Shown piece by piece: positions 10,945-40,149 of a stretch of DNA of 64,000 nt. Each line of letters opens with the position of its first letter. The stretch's first letter is position 1. The notes under the pieces are model-generated. The model had not been told where the DNA came from and made no database searches. It worked only from the letters and a program-made list of their open reading frames with translations. The translations under genes were made by a program, and so were the position numbers. The stretch is from Phyllobates terribilis. Taxonomy: Eukaryota. The stretch spans positions 262,260,001 through 262,324,000 of the forward strand of contig NW_027362771.1 of the NCBI RefSeq assembly GCF_046119375.1, given 5' to 3'.

Positions 10945-12444
10945 TTAACCACTTCCAATGGATGATGCTATCCATGCCATGTTTCATCTCTATATAAAGG
11001 TAAAATAGCAATAGGAAACATAACGACAATATCTACTGCTGGGAACCTCCAGAGACGAAGATATCCTGTAAGTGGGGATCTCATAAAATTTTAAAAGACC
11101 TAGCACATCCCATAACCAGTCCCCACATGAGCTCACCAAGGGGAGGTATGTGGGTGTAACCTTGATCTAATAAAAAACATAGTTTGAGGTTGTGTATTTT
11201 GTCAGCACTGAAAGGTACAGCTTGCTGTGGTTCTGTCCATTTTCCTAAGGAGTCCCTCCCTCTGCTAAGCTCTGAGCCATTTCTGTGACACAGGTTTAGT
11301 AATTCTCTTTTTTATCCCTTTTATTTTATGTAATTGTATATATCGTAATAGTCCAATAGAGAGGAGATGATGAAAAGCTGCACTCACCGTTTATGTAAAA
11401 ATAAGAGTCCTTTATTTCATATTCGGATAAAATGAATGGAAAGCAGGGAGTGCGGGGAGGAGGTGGACAACCTACCATTTATATTGTATCCTACTGATTT
11501 ATGGATTTAATAAATTTTTGCACTTATTGTGTGCCAGCTCATAGATTGCCATTCTGTTTCTAAATTCAGTGAGTATTTAGCTGACATCGATATAGGCCCT
11601 CTAGGTGGACTATTCCTTAAATCTTATCAGGGCCCAATACCTGTCAGGAGCACTTTAATGAGGGATTATTGTTTCTTTTGATATAGGGACTTTCCATCTC
11701 CGTATTTTTTAATTGCATCTCTCCCCACATTCCATGCTATTATGTTTTTGTTCATGATGATTGTAATAATAAAATGTACTATTTTTTTTTGCTTAATCCC
11801 TTTCTGCTTCTGGATTTTTTCTATCACCTCCTAATCAGGTTTATATTTATTATAGCACTTTACTAATTACTGTTATTGGGCGGGATTTGATAGAGATCCC
11901 CTTCTCTTGGATTATAATCAATGGGTAAGTGCACACATCTTTTTCTGTTGGATTCCGCCAAGGAAGTCACATGAAAAACCTATCATGAATCTTTCAAAAG
12001 AATGAACATAAGCATTTCTATGTAAAAACGACTTCCTGTTCAGAGTTTTGAATGTCTCTTAACTAGGGATGAGCAAATCCGAACTGTAAAGTTCGGGGTT
12101 CATACTGGACACTGTCCGGTGCCGAACTCCGAACAGACACTTTCAACCAGAAGTCTGTTTTACTGTTCGGGTTTGGTGCCGAAGAAAGTTTGTTGAAAGG
12201 CTGCAGCGCAACCAATCAACAAGCTTTTAGGCTGTGGGCACTTCCGGAGCCATCACAGTCATAGCAATGTATAAGTATTGTATAAATGCCAGATCACAGG
12301 TGGCGCCACTATTTTGCTCTGATTAGAATAGGACATGCACACTGGCACATGAAGGGTTCTTTGAACCCATGATTAACTAATTAGCTTGTTGATCAATCAT
12401 TGTGAAACTTTTCCTATAAATGTTTTTCTTGTGTTCATATCTTT

Positions 12445-12491
12445 GTACCACCTGATGAAGATAGTTTGGCTATCGAAACGCGTTGTGGATA
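12445..12491 (+). ncRNA. Candidate minimal type I hammerhead ribozyme (Penelope-like element type)
   Basis: TACCAC-CTGATGA-A-GATAG tttgg CTATC-GAAA-C-GC-GT-T-GTGGATA: core CUGAUGA...GAAA, 5-bp helix II, palindromic ACGCGT helix III, CCAC/GTGG helix I. One extra A follows the core. Confidence 0.6.
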
Positions 12492-13099
12492 GGGCTTATT
12501 AAATGGTGTTTAGCCCCAATTCTGTCCTCCAGTGATCAATCCAGCGCTCCATAGACCGCTTTTGTTCCCTTTATATTTCATCATTTTTATTCTCTCCTAG
12601 AGGGTTAGCGGCAGGAGCCACGGCTGACCACTTGCCAATCATCCCTACAACTCCCCACCTAACCATTTGAGGACCTGCGGTACTGGAGCCGCCCTCTCTA
12701 ACTTTAAAGAACCTGGAAGCAGCGGTCACAGACAGCGGTCCGCAGCACGTGGTGAGCACACCGGTCCGCATCGCGTGGCGAGAGCCACCCTCCTTCTACC
12801 TTCTGGCAGTCACCGGGGTTGTGCAGGGGTGCACAACTCCAGTAGGTGAGTGGCCCTTTGGCCGTCCTCATTTCAATTGGTCCACTCGGTCCTTCACACA
12901 GCGCGCTTTTCCTTTCTTTCTCTAGAATAGGGACAGAACACAGCTCAAGTGAAGGACAGTGTTAGGTTCTGTGTGTGTACTTTGCAAAAAAGACTCTGTG
13001 TGTGTACTCTGCACGCGTATATGTGGAGGTACTGAAACACCTTCCTCTGGTGTACGCAGACAAAAGGACGTTCTGTGTCATTTCTTAGGCCCGAGTACC

Positions 13100-14335
13100 G
13101 CTGGACAAATGGTAAGGCCAGAACATGTTGAGACGGTTTCAGATTGGATGGCTAAGAGTGCCTCCATTTCCTTCGCATTATCTTCCACCCTGGTCCCATG
13201 CTGAAAATGCAGAGTTGGCACCTACGGACCATGGTAATCTGGCTTCCACCTCACCCCCATGCATATTAGCCAAGCAGTCTAAGCACCAAGTTATGCTGCA
13301 GTCACTTCTGCTTTTTGATGACTTCGCTGGCTGTGGTTCCGTGAGCCGTCCACCTTGCCCTGCCCCACAAGTGGAAAAGATTGAGTGCACTGATGCCCAA
13401 CCACTTGTTCAGTTGGAGGATGAGTATGTGGGAGGGTTAGTGCACAGTTCTGATGTTGACGAAACACAGGTGCCAACTGCTGCGTCTTTCTGCAGTGTGC
13501 AAACTGGCAAGGAGGGCAGGGGTGAAGAGTGGGTGGAAGATGCTGCGGGGGATGATGAGGTCCTAGATCCCACATGGAGTGAAGGCCATCTGTGTGATGT
13601 GGGCAGTTTGGAGGAAGAGGAGGTGGCCACACTGAACCAGCTGCACAGCAAAAGAGGAAGCAGGGTACAAAAGCACAAAGGCCGACCCGTAGCCACTACG
13701 TTGGTTGCTACTGCCCACTGCACCGACAAACTGAGCACATCAAAGCCGGCTAAAGGAGCTCCCTGGCATGACCTTTCTTTAAGCAATGTGCTGACGACAA
13801 GAGACTGGTGGTTTGCGCGCTGTTCCATCAGAGCCTGAAGCAACGCATAAATGTTCTGAACCTGAGCACCACCTGCATGACGAGTCATCTGAATTCCAAG
13901 CACGAGCTGCAGTGGAGTACACCTGAAAAAACAGGAAAGATCTGAGCCTCCTCCTGCTCCCGCTTCTGCTACAGTCTCGGCCACTTCCTCCCGCTCCCAA
14001 TCAACAGGGCCACCTGGCTCACCGCAAAGAGAGGATGTGACAGCACTACCAGCAGTGTCATCGAGCATCTCCACACCGTTCCATGGAAGCGTTCAGCTGT
14101 CCATCCCCCAAAGACTGGAGACAAAGAGAAAGTAACCCCCTACCCACCCACGAGCCATGGTCCTGAATAACAGCCTTTCAAAATTCCTGGCCTTTTAAAT
14201 GCTGCCATTCCGTCTGGTGGAGACAGACAATTTTATAAAACTGATGGCAGTGGCTGTTCCACAGTACGTGGTTCCCAACCATCACAAATTTTCCAGGTGA
14301 GCCATCCCTGCCCTACACACACATATTGTGGACAA
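13100..14335 (+). pseudogene. Degraded hAT (ZBED/Ac-like) transposase N-terminus with BED zinc finger
   Basis: ~13775-13915 reads FFKQCADDKRLVVCALFHQSLKQRINVLNLSTTCMTSHLNSKHELQW (BED finger). ~14135-14330 reads PPTHPRAMVLNNSLSKFLAF*MLPFRLVETDNFIKLMAVAVPQYVVPNHHKFSR*AIPALH. Stops and frameshifts present; the catalytic domain is missing. Confidence 0.8.
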
Positions 14336-14365
14336 TAGTTAGTTATTTTTGTTATTCTATTTTAA

Positions 14366-14906
14366 AGAACTTGTGCACTACTTTATATTACCCCCCAATG
14401 TATCCCCCCGGGGCCCCTAAGACTTTTTGTAAATACCTTCCATTGCAGATAATGCCTGTGAGCGGCGCTATCGGTGGCTGCTCACAGGCATCACGTGACC
14501 CCGTGCTGACATCACGACAAGTGAGGCGTGACTCAGCACTGGGGTCCCCGCGGAGGCTGCTGGGTTGTGGGCGGGGTTACCCCCCCACGTCACACCGAGC
14601 ATCCACCGCGCGCTTTTCCAATGAATGGGGAGAGGCAGAGCGTGCGGTTGATGCCGGGTGTGACGTTGGGGGGAACCCCGCCCACAGCCTGGCATCCACC
14701 GTGGAACCAGGAAGAAAAAGACCCCCAGCTGCTGCAAGCACTTGTCGTGACATCAGCGGATGTCAGAGTAGGCAGCATCAGAGTCGTGATGCCTGTGATA
14801 GCGCCACTCACAGGCATTATCTGCAACGGAAGGTATTTATAAAAAGTCTTAGGGGCCCCGGGGGGGAAACATTGGGGGGGGTAATCTAAAGTAGTGGACA
14901 ACCCCT
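14366..14906. mobile_element. T2/Kolobok-type foldback MITE nested in the hAT
   Basis: TTAA TSDs at 14362-65 and 14907-10. Arms GGGGCCCCTAAGACTTTTT...TACCTTCCATTGCAGATAATGCCTGTGAG are mirrored at ~14800-14860. Confidence 0.85.
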
Positions 14907-15172
14907 TTAAGTCATTTCCCTAAACCTGTCCCCCCCCCCAAAAAAAACACAAAAAAAACAACAACCCACTAAAACAGTGTCGGCTACCTTCTCCTCCGCC
15001 TCTTCCACCTACACGGCCACTGCCATTTGGACCTCCGCCTCCTGGTTCTAGATTATTATTTTTCTTTTTGTTCTATGTTATTTTAAGTCACTTTCCTATC
15101 CAGATTTGTTTTCCTGGCAATTGTCCTGCTCTTACCCCCATTTTGCTTCCTTTTGCAGCCCCTCAGCCCTTA

Positions 15173-16093
15173 GGGCTCTTTCACAGGTCAGTGTCTCCAG
15201 TATGAGTGGTGACAGTTTCCACACTTACTGGAGACACTGACATACGCCGACCCATTAAAATCTATGGGTCCGCGCACATGTCAGTGTGTTTCCACGAATT
15301 GTGTGTCCGTGTGCTCCACACGCTGACATGTCCGTTTTTTTGCGGATGCATGGTCCGCAAAATGTCTCACACTGAATACTGACGGATTACATACATATGT
15401 CATCAGTGTGACACATACCGGCACCTGGGAATCAGCGCTACAGTTAGCGCTGTTCCCAAGCGCCGGGTACTGAACGCTGCCCTTATCATGGTTCCCTGCC
15501 GGCACTGCGATCAGAACCAGTACAATGATGAGGGTAGTAGTGTCTGCTCCCGCAGTGTCCACCAGTAAAAATAAGAATAAAATAAAAAAATCCATATACT
15601 CACCTAAGTGTTCCCCTCTATAATCCATGCGACCAATCAGCAGAGGAGCCGGGGAGAATGAGCCGCTGCAGCGGGCGGCCCCGAAGCTGCGTTCAGTGAG
15701 TGACAGGATTCCGCTCCTGAGCGCAACAGAGATCCGGCGCCTGCTGGCTGCAGCGGCTCATTCTCCCCGACTTCTCTGCTGATCGGTCACATGGATTACT
15801 GCGGGGGACACTTAGATAAGTATATGGATTTTTTATTTTATTCTTATCTTTACAGTTGGACATTACAGGAGCAGACTACTACTCTCATCAGTGTCCCTGC
15901 TGGTGCTGATCGCAGCGCTGGCAAGCAACCATGATGAGGGCAACGTTCAGCACCCGGTGCTTGGGGACAGCGCTAACTGTACTGCTGATTTCCAGGTGCC
16001 GGTACGTGTGATCCTGATGCAGACAGGTTGCCACACGTGTGACACACACGGACATCTCCGGTACTGGAAATATACAGATGTGTGAAACCGGCC
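15173..16093. mobile_element. Harbinger-like MITE nested in the hAT
   Basis: TTA TSDs at 15170-72 and 16094-96. Termini GGGCTCTTTCACA / TGTGAAACCGGCC, with internal inverted arms. Confidence 0.85.
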
Positions 16094-16754
16094 TTAGTAC
16101 GACCATTCTACAGTACCGAAGTCCAGGTCCCCATGGACTTCTATTGGGTTCGGGTCAAGTTTTGACGCCCAAACCGAACTTTGGACTACAGTTCGACCGA
16201 TCCCGAACATCCACGGGTCCATTCATACCTACTCTTAACCACTCGAGGTTTCTAAAATTGCCATCCATTCTTCTGGTGTTTTCTGCTAGGAAGACGCTCA
16301 GTGCTTTACAATACAAATCAATAGGAAAGCTCAAAAGGCATCTGGATAATCACAGACGTTTTTTTGAGCATTTTGCCATCATTAAAAAAAGTTTCTTCAT
16401 AATCAATGGCGGTAACAAGAAAGCGACTAGAAAATAACAGTAGAAAAGACTTACCAAAAACCATGGGAAACCCCTCAAAAAAACCACTAGTAACAAAAAA
16501 CGTCGGAAAAACACCCAGGAAACAAAAAAAAAATAGACGTTGTAGGAAAAAAAACACCAGAGTTTACGGAAGAGTCTTCTGGTTGAAGAACTGCTTGGGT
16601 TCGCCTGAGCTTAAAAGACATTGTGTGCACATAACCTTGTGGTCCAGATGTCTAGGCCAGTTTCACAGTTTTTTTATGCGAATGTGAAAAACGAACCGAT
16701 TTTCATCAGTGTTTGGTGTCAGGTTTTACCATCAGTGTTTCATCAGATTAATTA

Positions 16755-16946
16755 GGCCACATTCACACATTCAGTATTTGGTCAGTATTTTACATCAGTA
16801 TCTGTAAGCCAAAACCAGGAGTGGGTGATAAATACAGAAGGGGTGACGTGTTTCTATTATACTTTTCCTATGATTGTTCCTCTCCTGGTTTTGGCTTACA
16901 CCTACTGAGGTAAAATACTGACCAAATACTGAGCATGTGACCGTGG
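16755..16946. mobile_element. Small Harbinger-like MITE
   Basis: TTA|GGCCACATTCACAC-ATTCAGTATTTGGTCAGTATTTTAC mirrored by GTAAAATACTGACCAAATACTGA...TGTGACCGTGG. Confidence 0.65.
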
Positions 16947-17669
16947 TAAGGCCTCATTCAGATTATTGTGATCAGACTGATCAGTGTGGTCCGAGTGTCT
17001 TCAGTTTTCTCCTACTTCCTTCATTCTGTCAGTCCGTGCAAATCAGACTGCACTTGAACGTCATCTGAGTGCGGTCTGGTTTTTTCACCGCCCTATAGAC
17101 TTGCATTGCCGATTTTGAGCCGACCCTTAACATTGGACATGCCTCCGGTCGCGAAATATCACAAACTTTATATGCTGGTCTGAACAAGCCCCTATACAAT
17201 CCATACTCGGACCGTGATCCCCAGCTTGACCTTTGGCCTCCTGACAGAACCTATAGCTTCATAGGTATATATGAGACTGTTATGTGGGTCAGCTCTGTGG
17301 TCGGCAGGGTGTTGTGGGCCCAGTAGGACCCCAGTCATTCTCGTGTGTAGATGTGCGCTACTATATTATATAGCATCACGTTGTCCCAGCAGAGAGTAGA
17401 GCTGAGCTGGACACATAGACCGCTGCTGCTCATTGTAATCTATGGGAGCTGTGACTGGTTCAGCTGTTTCCACGTTCTCCTTAGATGTCCCGGGCGGACA
17501 CTGTTCTCAGGGACCCCGCTATCCGGGTGTATAGTACTGCTAATGACACATGACTGAGGGCGGCCGGCAGCCCCATGTAACGGACACAGTGCAGCCCGAC
17601 CCTCCAGAGCGCAGGGAACTGAGGGCAGAACATCACTGACTAGCCGCACTCCATTCCTGGACTTCTTAG

Positions 17670-17770
17670 AACGGTCACGTGGGCAGCTTCCCGCCCAGAT
17701 TATTGGCCGGCCCTAGTGCTCGGCGGCAGGGTGGGGCTGGCGGAGATGCCGCACTGTTACCATGGAGCTG
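17670..17770 (+). promoter_or_regulatory. Candidate CCDC146 promoter (E-box, GC-box, inverted CCAAT, RFX X-box-like site)
   Basis: CACGTG 17676-81, CCCGCCC 17690-96, ATTGG 17702-06 and GTTACCATGGAGC 17756-68 in a CpG-rich patch just before a consensus splice donor. Assignment to CCDC146 is inference. Confidence 0.45.
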
Positions 17771-17901
17771 GACGCTAGCTTTTCACTGAGGGCCTGTAAC
17801 GTGATAAAGTCGCTGCGTCGCTCCCAGTGACTCCAGCTGTGAGGCATGTAAGGACCCCCCGAGCCGAATCCCCCAATACTTCACACCTGTGCCTGGAAGA
17901 G
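17760..17901 (+). other. Putative non-coding exon 1 of CCDC146; template of the ~142-bp block repeated 9 times
   Basis: Ends GGAAGAG|GTGAGA (donor at 17902). Near-identical copies start at 19633, 20901, 23450, 24576, 25413, 26539, 27376 and 31484. No transcript evidence available. Confidence 0.4.
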
Positions 17902-34484
<16,583 letters not shown>

Positions 34485-35049
34485 CAGACAGCAGGACAGG
34501 GGCAGACTCCTCCAGTAGTGACCGATGTGCTGGGGCTCCATCACTTCTATGAGAGACAGAGTTCTGTATATCACCTATACATAATGTATGTGTGTGTTTT
34601 ACTTCTATATATAATGATGTGATGGTAGAGATCAACAAGTACATATAGATGATCTCCCCTCACCCCAGTAATAGACGAGCTTGTAAAGGATGTGTCTGTA
34701 GGGGGGCGATGACCGACCGCCAAGTACTTGTATTCTCAATATGGATCAGTATTACGCACCCTATATACATTATTCCGATACTGATTGTTCCTGCACACAG
34801 GATCATACAGTGTGTGTGTGTTCTAGTGATGAGCGAGCGTGCTCGTTTAACCCTTTAAACGAGCATGCGCGGGTGCTCGCCGAGTATTTGCGGCGTGCTC
34901 GGCATCTAGGTTTGATCCGCCGTGGCTGCATGTGTCGTGGCTGTTAGACAGCTGCGACAGATGCAGGCATTGCCAGTTTATATACATACTATCTATTTAG
35001 CCCGTTCTATGCCTGGGTGGCGAGCATTTTTATTGATATATGGTCTCCC

Positions 35050-36340
35050 ATGCTGGTATGTGCTGCCCCTATCCTGGTATTTGTGCCGCCCCCATCCTGT
35101 CTCCACCATCCTATCCTGGTATGCATGGCACCCCTCATCCCTATCCTGGTATGCATGGCACCCCTCATCCTATCCTGATATGCATGGCACCCCTCACAAC
35201 CAATCCTGGTATGCATGGCACCCCCCACCCCCAATATTGGTATGCATGGCACCCCCCACCCCCAATCCTGGTATGCATGGCACCCCTCACCCCCAATCCT
35301 GGTATGCATGGTACCCCATCCCTCATCCCTATCCTGGTATGGATGGTACTCCTCATCCCTATCCTGGTATGCATGGCACCCCTCATCCCCAATCCTGGTA
35401 TGCATGGCACTCCTCATCCCTATCCTGGTATGCATGGCACTCCTCATCCCTATCCTGGTATGCATGGCACTCCTCATCCCTATCCTGGTATGTATGGTAC
35501 TCCTCATCCTTATCTTGGTATGGATGGTACCCCTCATCCCTATCCTGGTATGCATGGCACTCCATCCCTCATCCTGGTATGCATGGCACCCCTCACCCCT
35601 CATCCTGGTACGCATGGCACCCCTCACCCCTCATCCTGGTATGCATGGCACCCCTCACCCCCAATCCTGGTATGCATGGCACCCCTCATCCTGGTATGCA
35701 TGGCACCCCTCATCCTGGTATGCATGGCCCCCTCAGCCTTATCCTGGTATGCATGGCACTCCTCATCCCTATCCTGGTATATGCATGGCACTCCTCATCC
35801 TTATTCTGGTATGCATGGTACCCCATCCCTCATCCCTATCCTGGTATGTATGGTACCCTTCATCCCTATCCTGGTATGCATGGCACCCCATCCCTCATCC
35901 TGGTATGCATGGCACCCCTCATCCCCAATCCTGGTATGCATGGCACCCCTCGTCCCCAATTCTGGTATGAATGGCAGCCCTCATCCCCAATCCTGGTATG
36001 CATGGTTCCCTTCATCCCTATCCTGGCATGCATGGCACCCCTCATCCCCATTCCTGGTATGCATGGTACCCCATCCCTCATCCCTATCCTGGTATGCGTG
36101 GCCCCCTCACCCCCCAATCCTGGTATGTATGGTACCCCTCATCCCCCAATCGTGGTATGCATGGTATCCCCTCACCCCCCAATCCTGGTATGCATGGTAC
36201 CCCCTCACCCCCCAATCCTGGTATGCATGGTATCCCCTCACCCCCCAATCCTGGTATATGTGGCCCCCTCATCCCCCAATCCTGGTATGTGTGGCCCCCT
36301 CAACCCCCAATCCTGGTATGTATGGCACCCCTCATCCCTT
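35050..36340. repeat. ~30-bp degenerate minisatellite (CCTGGTATGCATGGCACCCCTCATCCCTAT)
   Basis: Directly visible; it produces the 533/442/251-aa repetitive ORFs. Confidence 0.9.
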
Positions 36341-36823
36341 TCACGCTGCACACATACAAAAAAATTAACACTTATACTCACCTTTCTTCCCTGTGCTCCA
36401 GTACTGCTGTGTCCTGTTATGCCGGAGGTCTGTGAGGAGTGTGGTGCTGGAGTACTCGCGTTCCCATACCACGCTGTCCGGTGCCATTTTGTTGAAGACA
36501 CACTGCAAATGTGTCTTCAGTAAAATGGCGCTGAATAGCGCTATGCGCATGTGCCTATTCCGACGCCTCACTCCTGCCCCGGTCTCCTGCAAGAAAAGAG
36601 GCGCTGCAGCACTCCTCCCGGTCAGGTAAGTATGGCGCCGAAGATCACGGTATTCGTTCAGTGTCTACGCATACCGCGATCTCCGGCGTCATACACACTC
36701 CTCTTACCTGTAACGGCTCCATACTTTCTTCTGTCTGGAGGCAGACTGCGCAGGCGTGTCACGCTTGCACAGTCTATAGAGGCTTCAGACAGAGGGACGC
36801 TGGTAGCGTTATATTATAGATAC

Positions 36824-37137
36824 CAGGGCTGTGGAGTCGGAGTCCATATAAAATGGACCGACTCCTAAAATATATATTAAATTGGGTACAGTATTTCAAT
36901 GCAGTTTGTGGGGAATATTTTTTCATAAGAATTTGGGAAAGTTATGAAATGTCCTATAAATGTCTGTCCTATTCCTGATCTAAGGGTCTAGACTTTTAGC
37001 TGAGATGAATCTGTGCTACAGTAAATTTATCACTTAAACATGAGCCATGTGTGAGGGAGTCGGAGTCATGGAGTCGTGGAGTCGGAGTCGTGGAAATTGA
37101 GGAGTCGGAGGTTTGGCTTACCGACTCCACAGCCCTG
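36824..37137. mobile_element. hAT-type MITE
   Basis: TIRs CAGGGCTGTGGAGTCGG / CCGACTCCACAGCCCTG. 8-bp TSD ATAGATAC / ATACATAC (one mismatch). Subterminal GGAGTC repeats. Confidence 0.85.
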
Positions 37138-37283
37138 ATACATACATACATACACGTTCAACTGTACATGTGTATATGTTTATTTATTTTACTCCCTCAT
37201 ATAGCGCCATTAACTCCACAGCGCTTTACAGACATTATAATCACTGTCACACACGTGTGTGTGTGTGTGTATATATGTATATA

Positions 37284-38729
37284 CAGTACAGACCAAAAGT
37301 TTGGACACACCTTCTCATTTAAAGATTCTTCTGTAGTTTTATGACTATGAAAAATTGTACATTCAGACTGAAGGCATCAAAACTATGAATTAACACATGT
37401 GGAATTATATACTTAACAAAAAAGTGTGAAACAACTGAAAATATGTCTTATATTCTAGGTTCTTCAAAGTAGCCACCTTTTGCTTTGATGACTGCTTTGC
37501 ACACTCTTGGCATTCTCTTGATGAGCTTCAAGAGGTAGTCACCGGAAATGGTCTTCCAACAATCTTGAAGGAGTTCCCAGAGAGGCTTAGCACTTGTTGG
37601 CCCTTTTGCCTTCACTCTGCGGTCCACCTCACCTTAAACCATCTCGATTGGGCTCAGGTCTGGTGACTGTGGAGGCCAGGTCATCTGGCGTAGCACCCCA
37701 TCACTCTCCTTCTTGGTCAAATAGCCCTTACACAGCCTGGAGGTGTGTTTGGGGTCATTGTCCTGTTGAAAAATAAATGATGGTACAACTAAACGCAAAC
37801 CGGATGGAATAGCATGCCGCTGCAAGATGCTGTGGTAGCCATGCTGGTTCAGTATGCCTTCAATTTTGAATAAATCCCCAACAGTGTCACCAGCAAAGCA
37901 CCCCCACACCATCACACCTCCTCCTCCATGCTCCACGGTGGGAACCAGGCATGCAGAGTCCATCCGTTCACCTTTTCTGCGTCGCACAAAGACACGGTGG
38001 TTGGAACCAAAGATCTCAAATTTGGACTCATCAGACCAAAGCACAGATTTCCACCGGTCTAATGTCCATTCCTTGTGTTCTTTAGCCCAAACAAGTCTCT
38101 TCTGCTTGTTGCCTGTCCTTAGCAGTGGTTTCCTAGCAGCTATTTTACCATGGGGTGGTCCTCATGTGAGCCAGTTTCTTTGTAGCGCTTGATGGTTTTT
38201 GTAACTGCACTTGGGTACACTTTCAAAGTTTTCCCAATTTTTCGCACTGACTGACCTTCATTTCTTAAAGTAATGATGGCCACTCGTTTTCCTTTACTTA
38301 GCTGCTTTTTTCTTGCCATAATACAAATTCTAACAGTCTATTCAGTAGGACTATCAGCTGTGTATCCACCAGACTCTGCACAACACAACTGATGGTCCCA
38401 ACCCCATTTATAAGGCAAGAAATCCCACTTACTAAACCTGACAGGGCACACCTGTGAAGTGAAAACCATTTCCGGTGACTACCTCTTGAAGCTCATCACG
38501 AGAATGCCAAGAGTGTGCAAAACAGTCATCAAAGCAAAAGGTGGCTACTTTGAAGAACCTAGAATATAAGACATATTTTCAGTTGTTTCACACTTTTTTG
38601 TTAAGTATATAATTCCACATGTGTTAATTCATAGTTTTGATGCCTTCAGTCTGAATGTACAATTTTCATAGTCATGAAAACACAGAAACATTTTTAAATG
38701 AGAAGGTGTGTCCAAACTTTTGGTCTGTA

Positions 38730-38732
<3 letters not shown>
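37284..38732 (-). mobile_element. Tc1-like transposon family B with long (~270 bp) ITRs, internally deleted
   Basis: TA|CAGTACAGACCAAAAGTTTGGACACACC ... GGTGTGTCCAAACTTTTGGTCTGTACTG|TA. ORF 37634..38044 carries WSDESKFE, QQDNDPKH and SPDLSPIEMV (DD34E). The N-terminal region is mostly deleted. Confidence 0.93.

Positions 38733-38784
<52 letters not shown>
38733..38784. repeat. (TA)n microsatellite
   Basis: Uninterrupted TA run abutting the Tc1 end. Confidence 0.95.
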
Positions 38785-38786
<2 letters not shown>

Positions 38787-39178
38787 TGGTTACATCAACC
38801 CCTGACTGTTCCCACCTCGTGGTCTCTGTGCGTTGCATTCCGGCACCTGTGTTACAGTTTCATAAGCAACATTCAGTCTGGCATGGTAGTGTTGAATAAC
38901 GGCTCCAGGAACATCTTGTTGAAATGACCATACCACTGGTTTCACGTTTTATCCATTCTGTACTAAAAGTGAAATTGGATGTCACATACCTAGTGTCTAC
39001 TAGAGATGAGCGGATATTTCGAAATTAAAATTCTCTGGGTTTCGGTGAATTTTCCCAACAATTGCATGAATAAAAAGCCTGGATTAATTGCCTGGAAAAT
39101 ATACATATAACACTGAATTCCTGAAGTATATTGAACATGTTTTGAGCTCTGTAATACGAACACATTATGTTTAATGTG

Positions 39179-40103
39179 CACAGATGGGGTTGTGCTCACA
39201 GCCCAACACCGTGCAGGACGCTTGCCATTTGCCACAGAACACCAGGATTGGCAAAGTCGCCACTGGTGCCCTGTGCTCTTCACAGATGAAAGCAGGTTCA
39301 CACTGAGCACATGTGACAGACGTGACAGAGTCTGGAGACGCCGTGGAGAGCGATCTGCTGCCTGCAACATCCTTCAGCATGACCTGTTTGGCAGTGGGTC
39401 AGTAATGGTGTGGGGTGGTATTTCTTTGGAGGGCCGCACAGCCCTCCATGTGCCCCCCAGAGGTAGCCTGACTGCCATTAGGTACCGAGATGAGATCCTC
39501 AGACCATATGCTGATGCAGTTGGCCCTAGGTTCCTCCTAATGCAGGACAATGCCAGACCTCATGTGGCTGGAATGTGTCAGCAGTTCCTGCAAGATGAAG
39601 GCATTGAAGCTATGGACTGGCCCGTCTGTTCCCCAGACCTGAATCTGATTGAGCACATCTGGGACATCATGTCTCGCTCCATCCACCGACGTCACGTTGC
39701 ACCACAGACTGTCCAAGAGTTGGCGGATGCTTTAGTCCAGGTCTGGGAGGAGATCCCACAGGAGACCATCCGCAACCTCATCAGGAGCATGCCCAGGCGT
39801 TGTATGGAGGTCATACAGGCACGTGGAGGCCACACACAATACTGAGCCTCATTTTGACTTGTTTTAAGGACATTACATCAAAGTTGGATCAGCCTGTAGT
39901 GTGTCTTTCCACTTTAATTTTGGAGGTGACTCCAAATCCAGGCCTCCATTGGTTAATAAATTTGATTTCCATTGATGATTTTTGTGTGATTTTGTTGTCA
40001 GCACATTCAACTTTGTACAGAACAAAGTATTCAATGAGAATATTTCATTCATTCAGATCTAGGATGTGTTATTTGAGTGTTCCCTTTATTTTTTTGAGCA
40101 GTG
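39179..40103 (+). mobile_element. Tc1 family A copy 2, 5'-truncated, catalytic C-terminal ORF open
   Basis: Track ORF 39174..39845 has FTDESRF, QDNARPH and SPDLNLIEHIW through GGHTQY. Right TIR ends GAGCAGTG|TA at 40103. Confidence 0.93.
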
Positions 40104-40149
40104 TATTTATACACTGATGGGTCAGATTAGAAAAATGGCACATAGTGAT

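Larger units (their letters stand above)
12064..16231 (+). mobile_element. hAT DNA transposon relic with nested insertions
   Basis: Perfect 8-bp TSD CTCTTAAC at 12056-63 and 16232-39. Termini TAGGGATGAGCAAA / ATTCATACCTA, GTTCGG/CCGAAC-rich subtermini, and a degraded transposase inside. Confidence 0.9.

Noticed and set aside
11370-11530. Second Penelope/hammerhead-like segment
   Set aside because: The flanks vaguely resemble PLE repeats, but no CUGANGA/GAAA core is present on either strand.
16240-16690. Lys/Arg-rich ORFs (16039..16437, 16406..16687) as genes
   Set aside because: Low-complexity A-rich sequence between TE ends, with no domain motif or splice context.
34922-36523. 533/442/251-aa Pro/Gly/His-rich ORFs
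   Set aside because: Overlapping frames on both strands of a 30-bp minisatellite, the pattern expected of a non-coding repeat.
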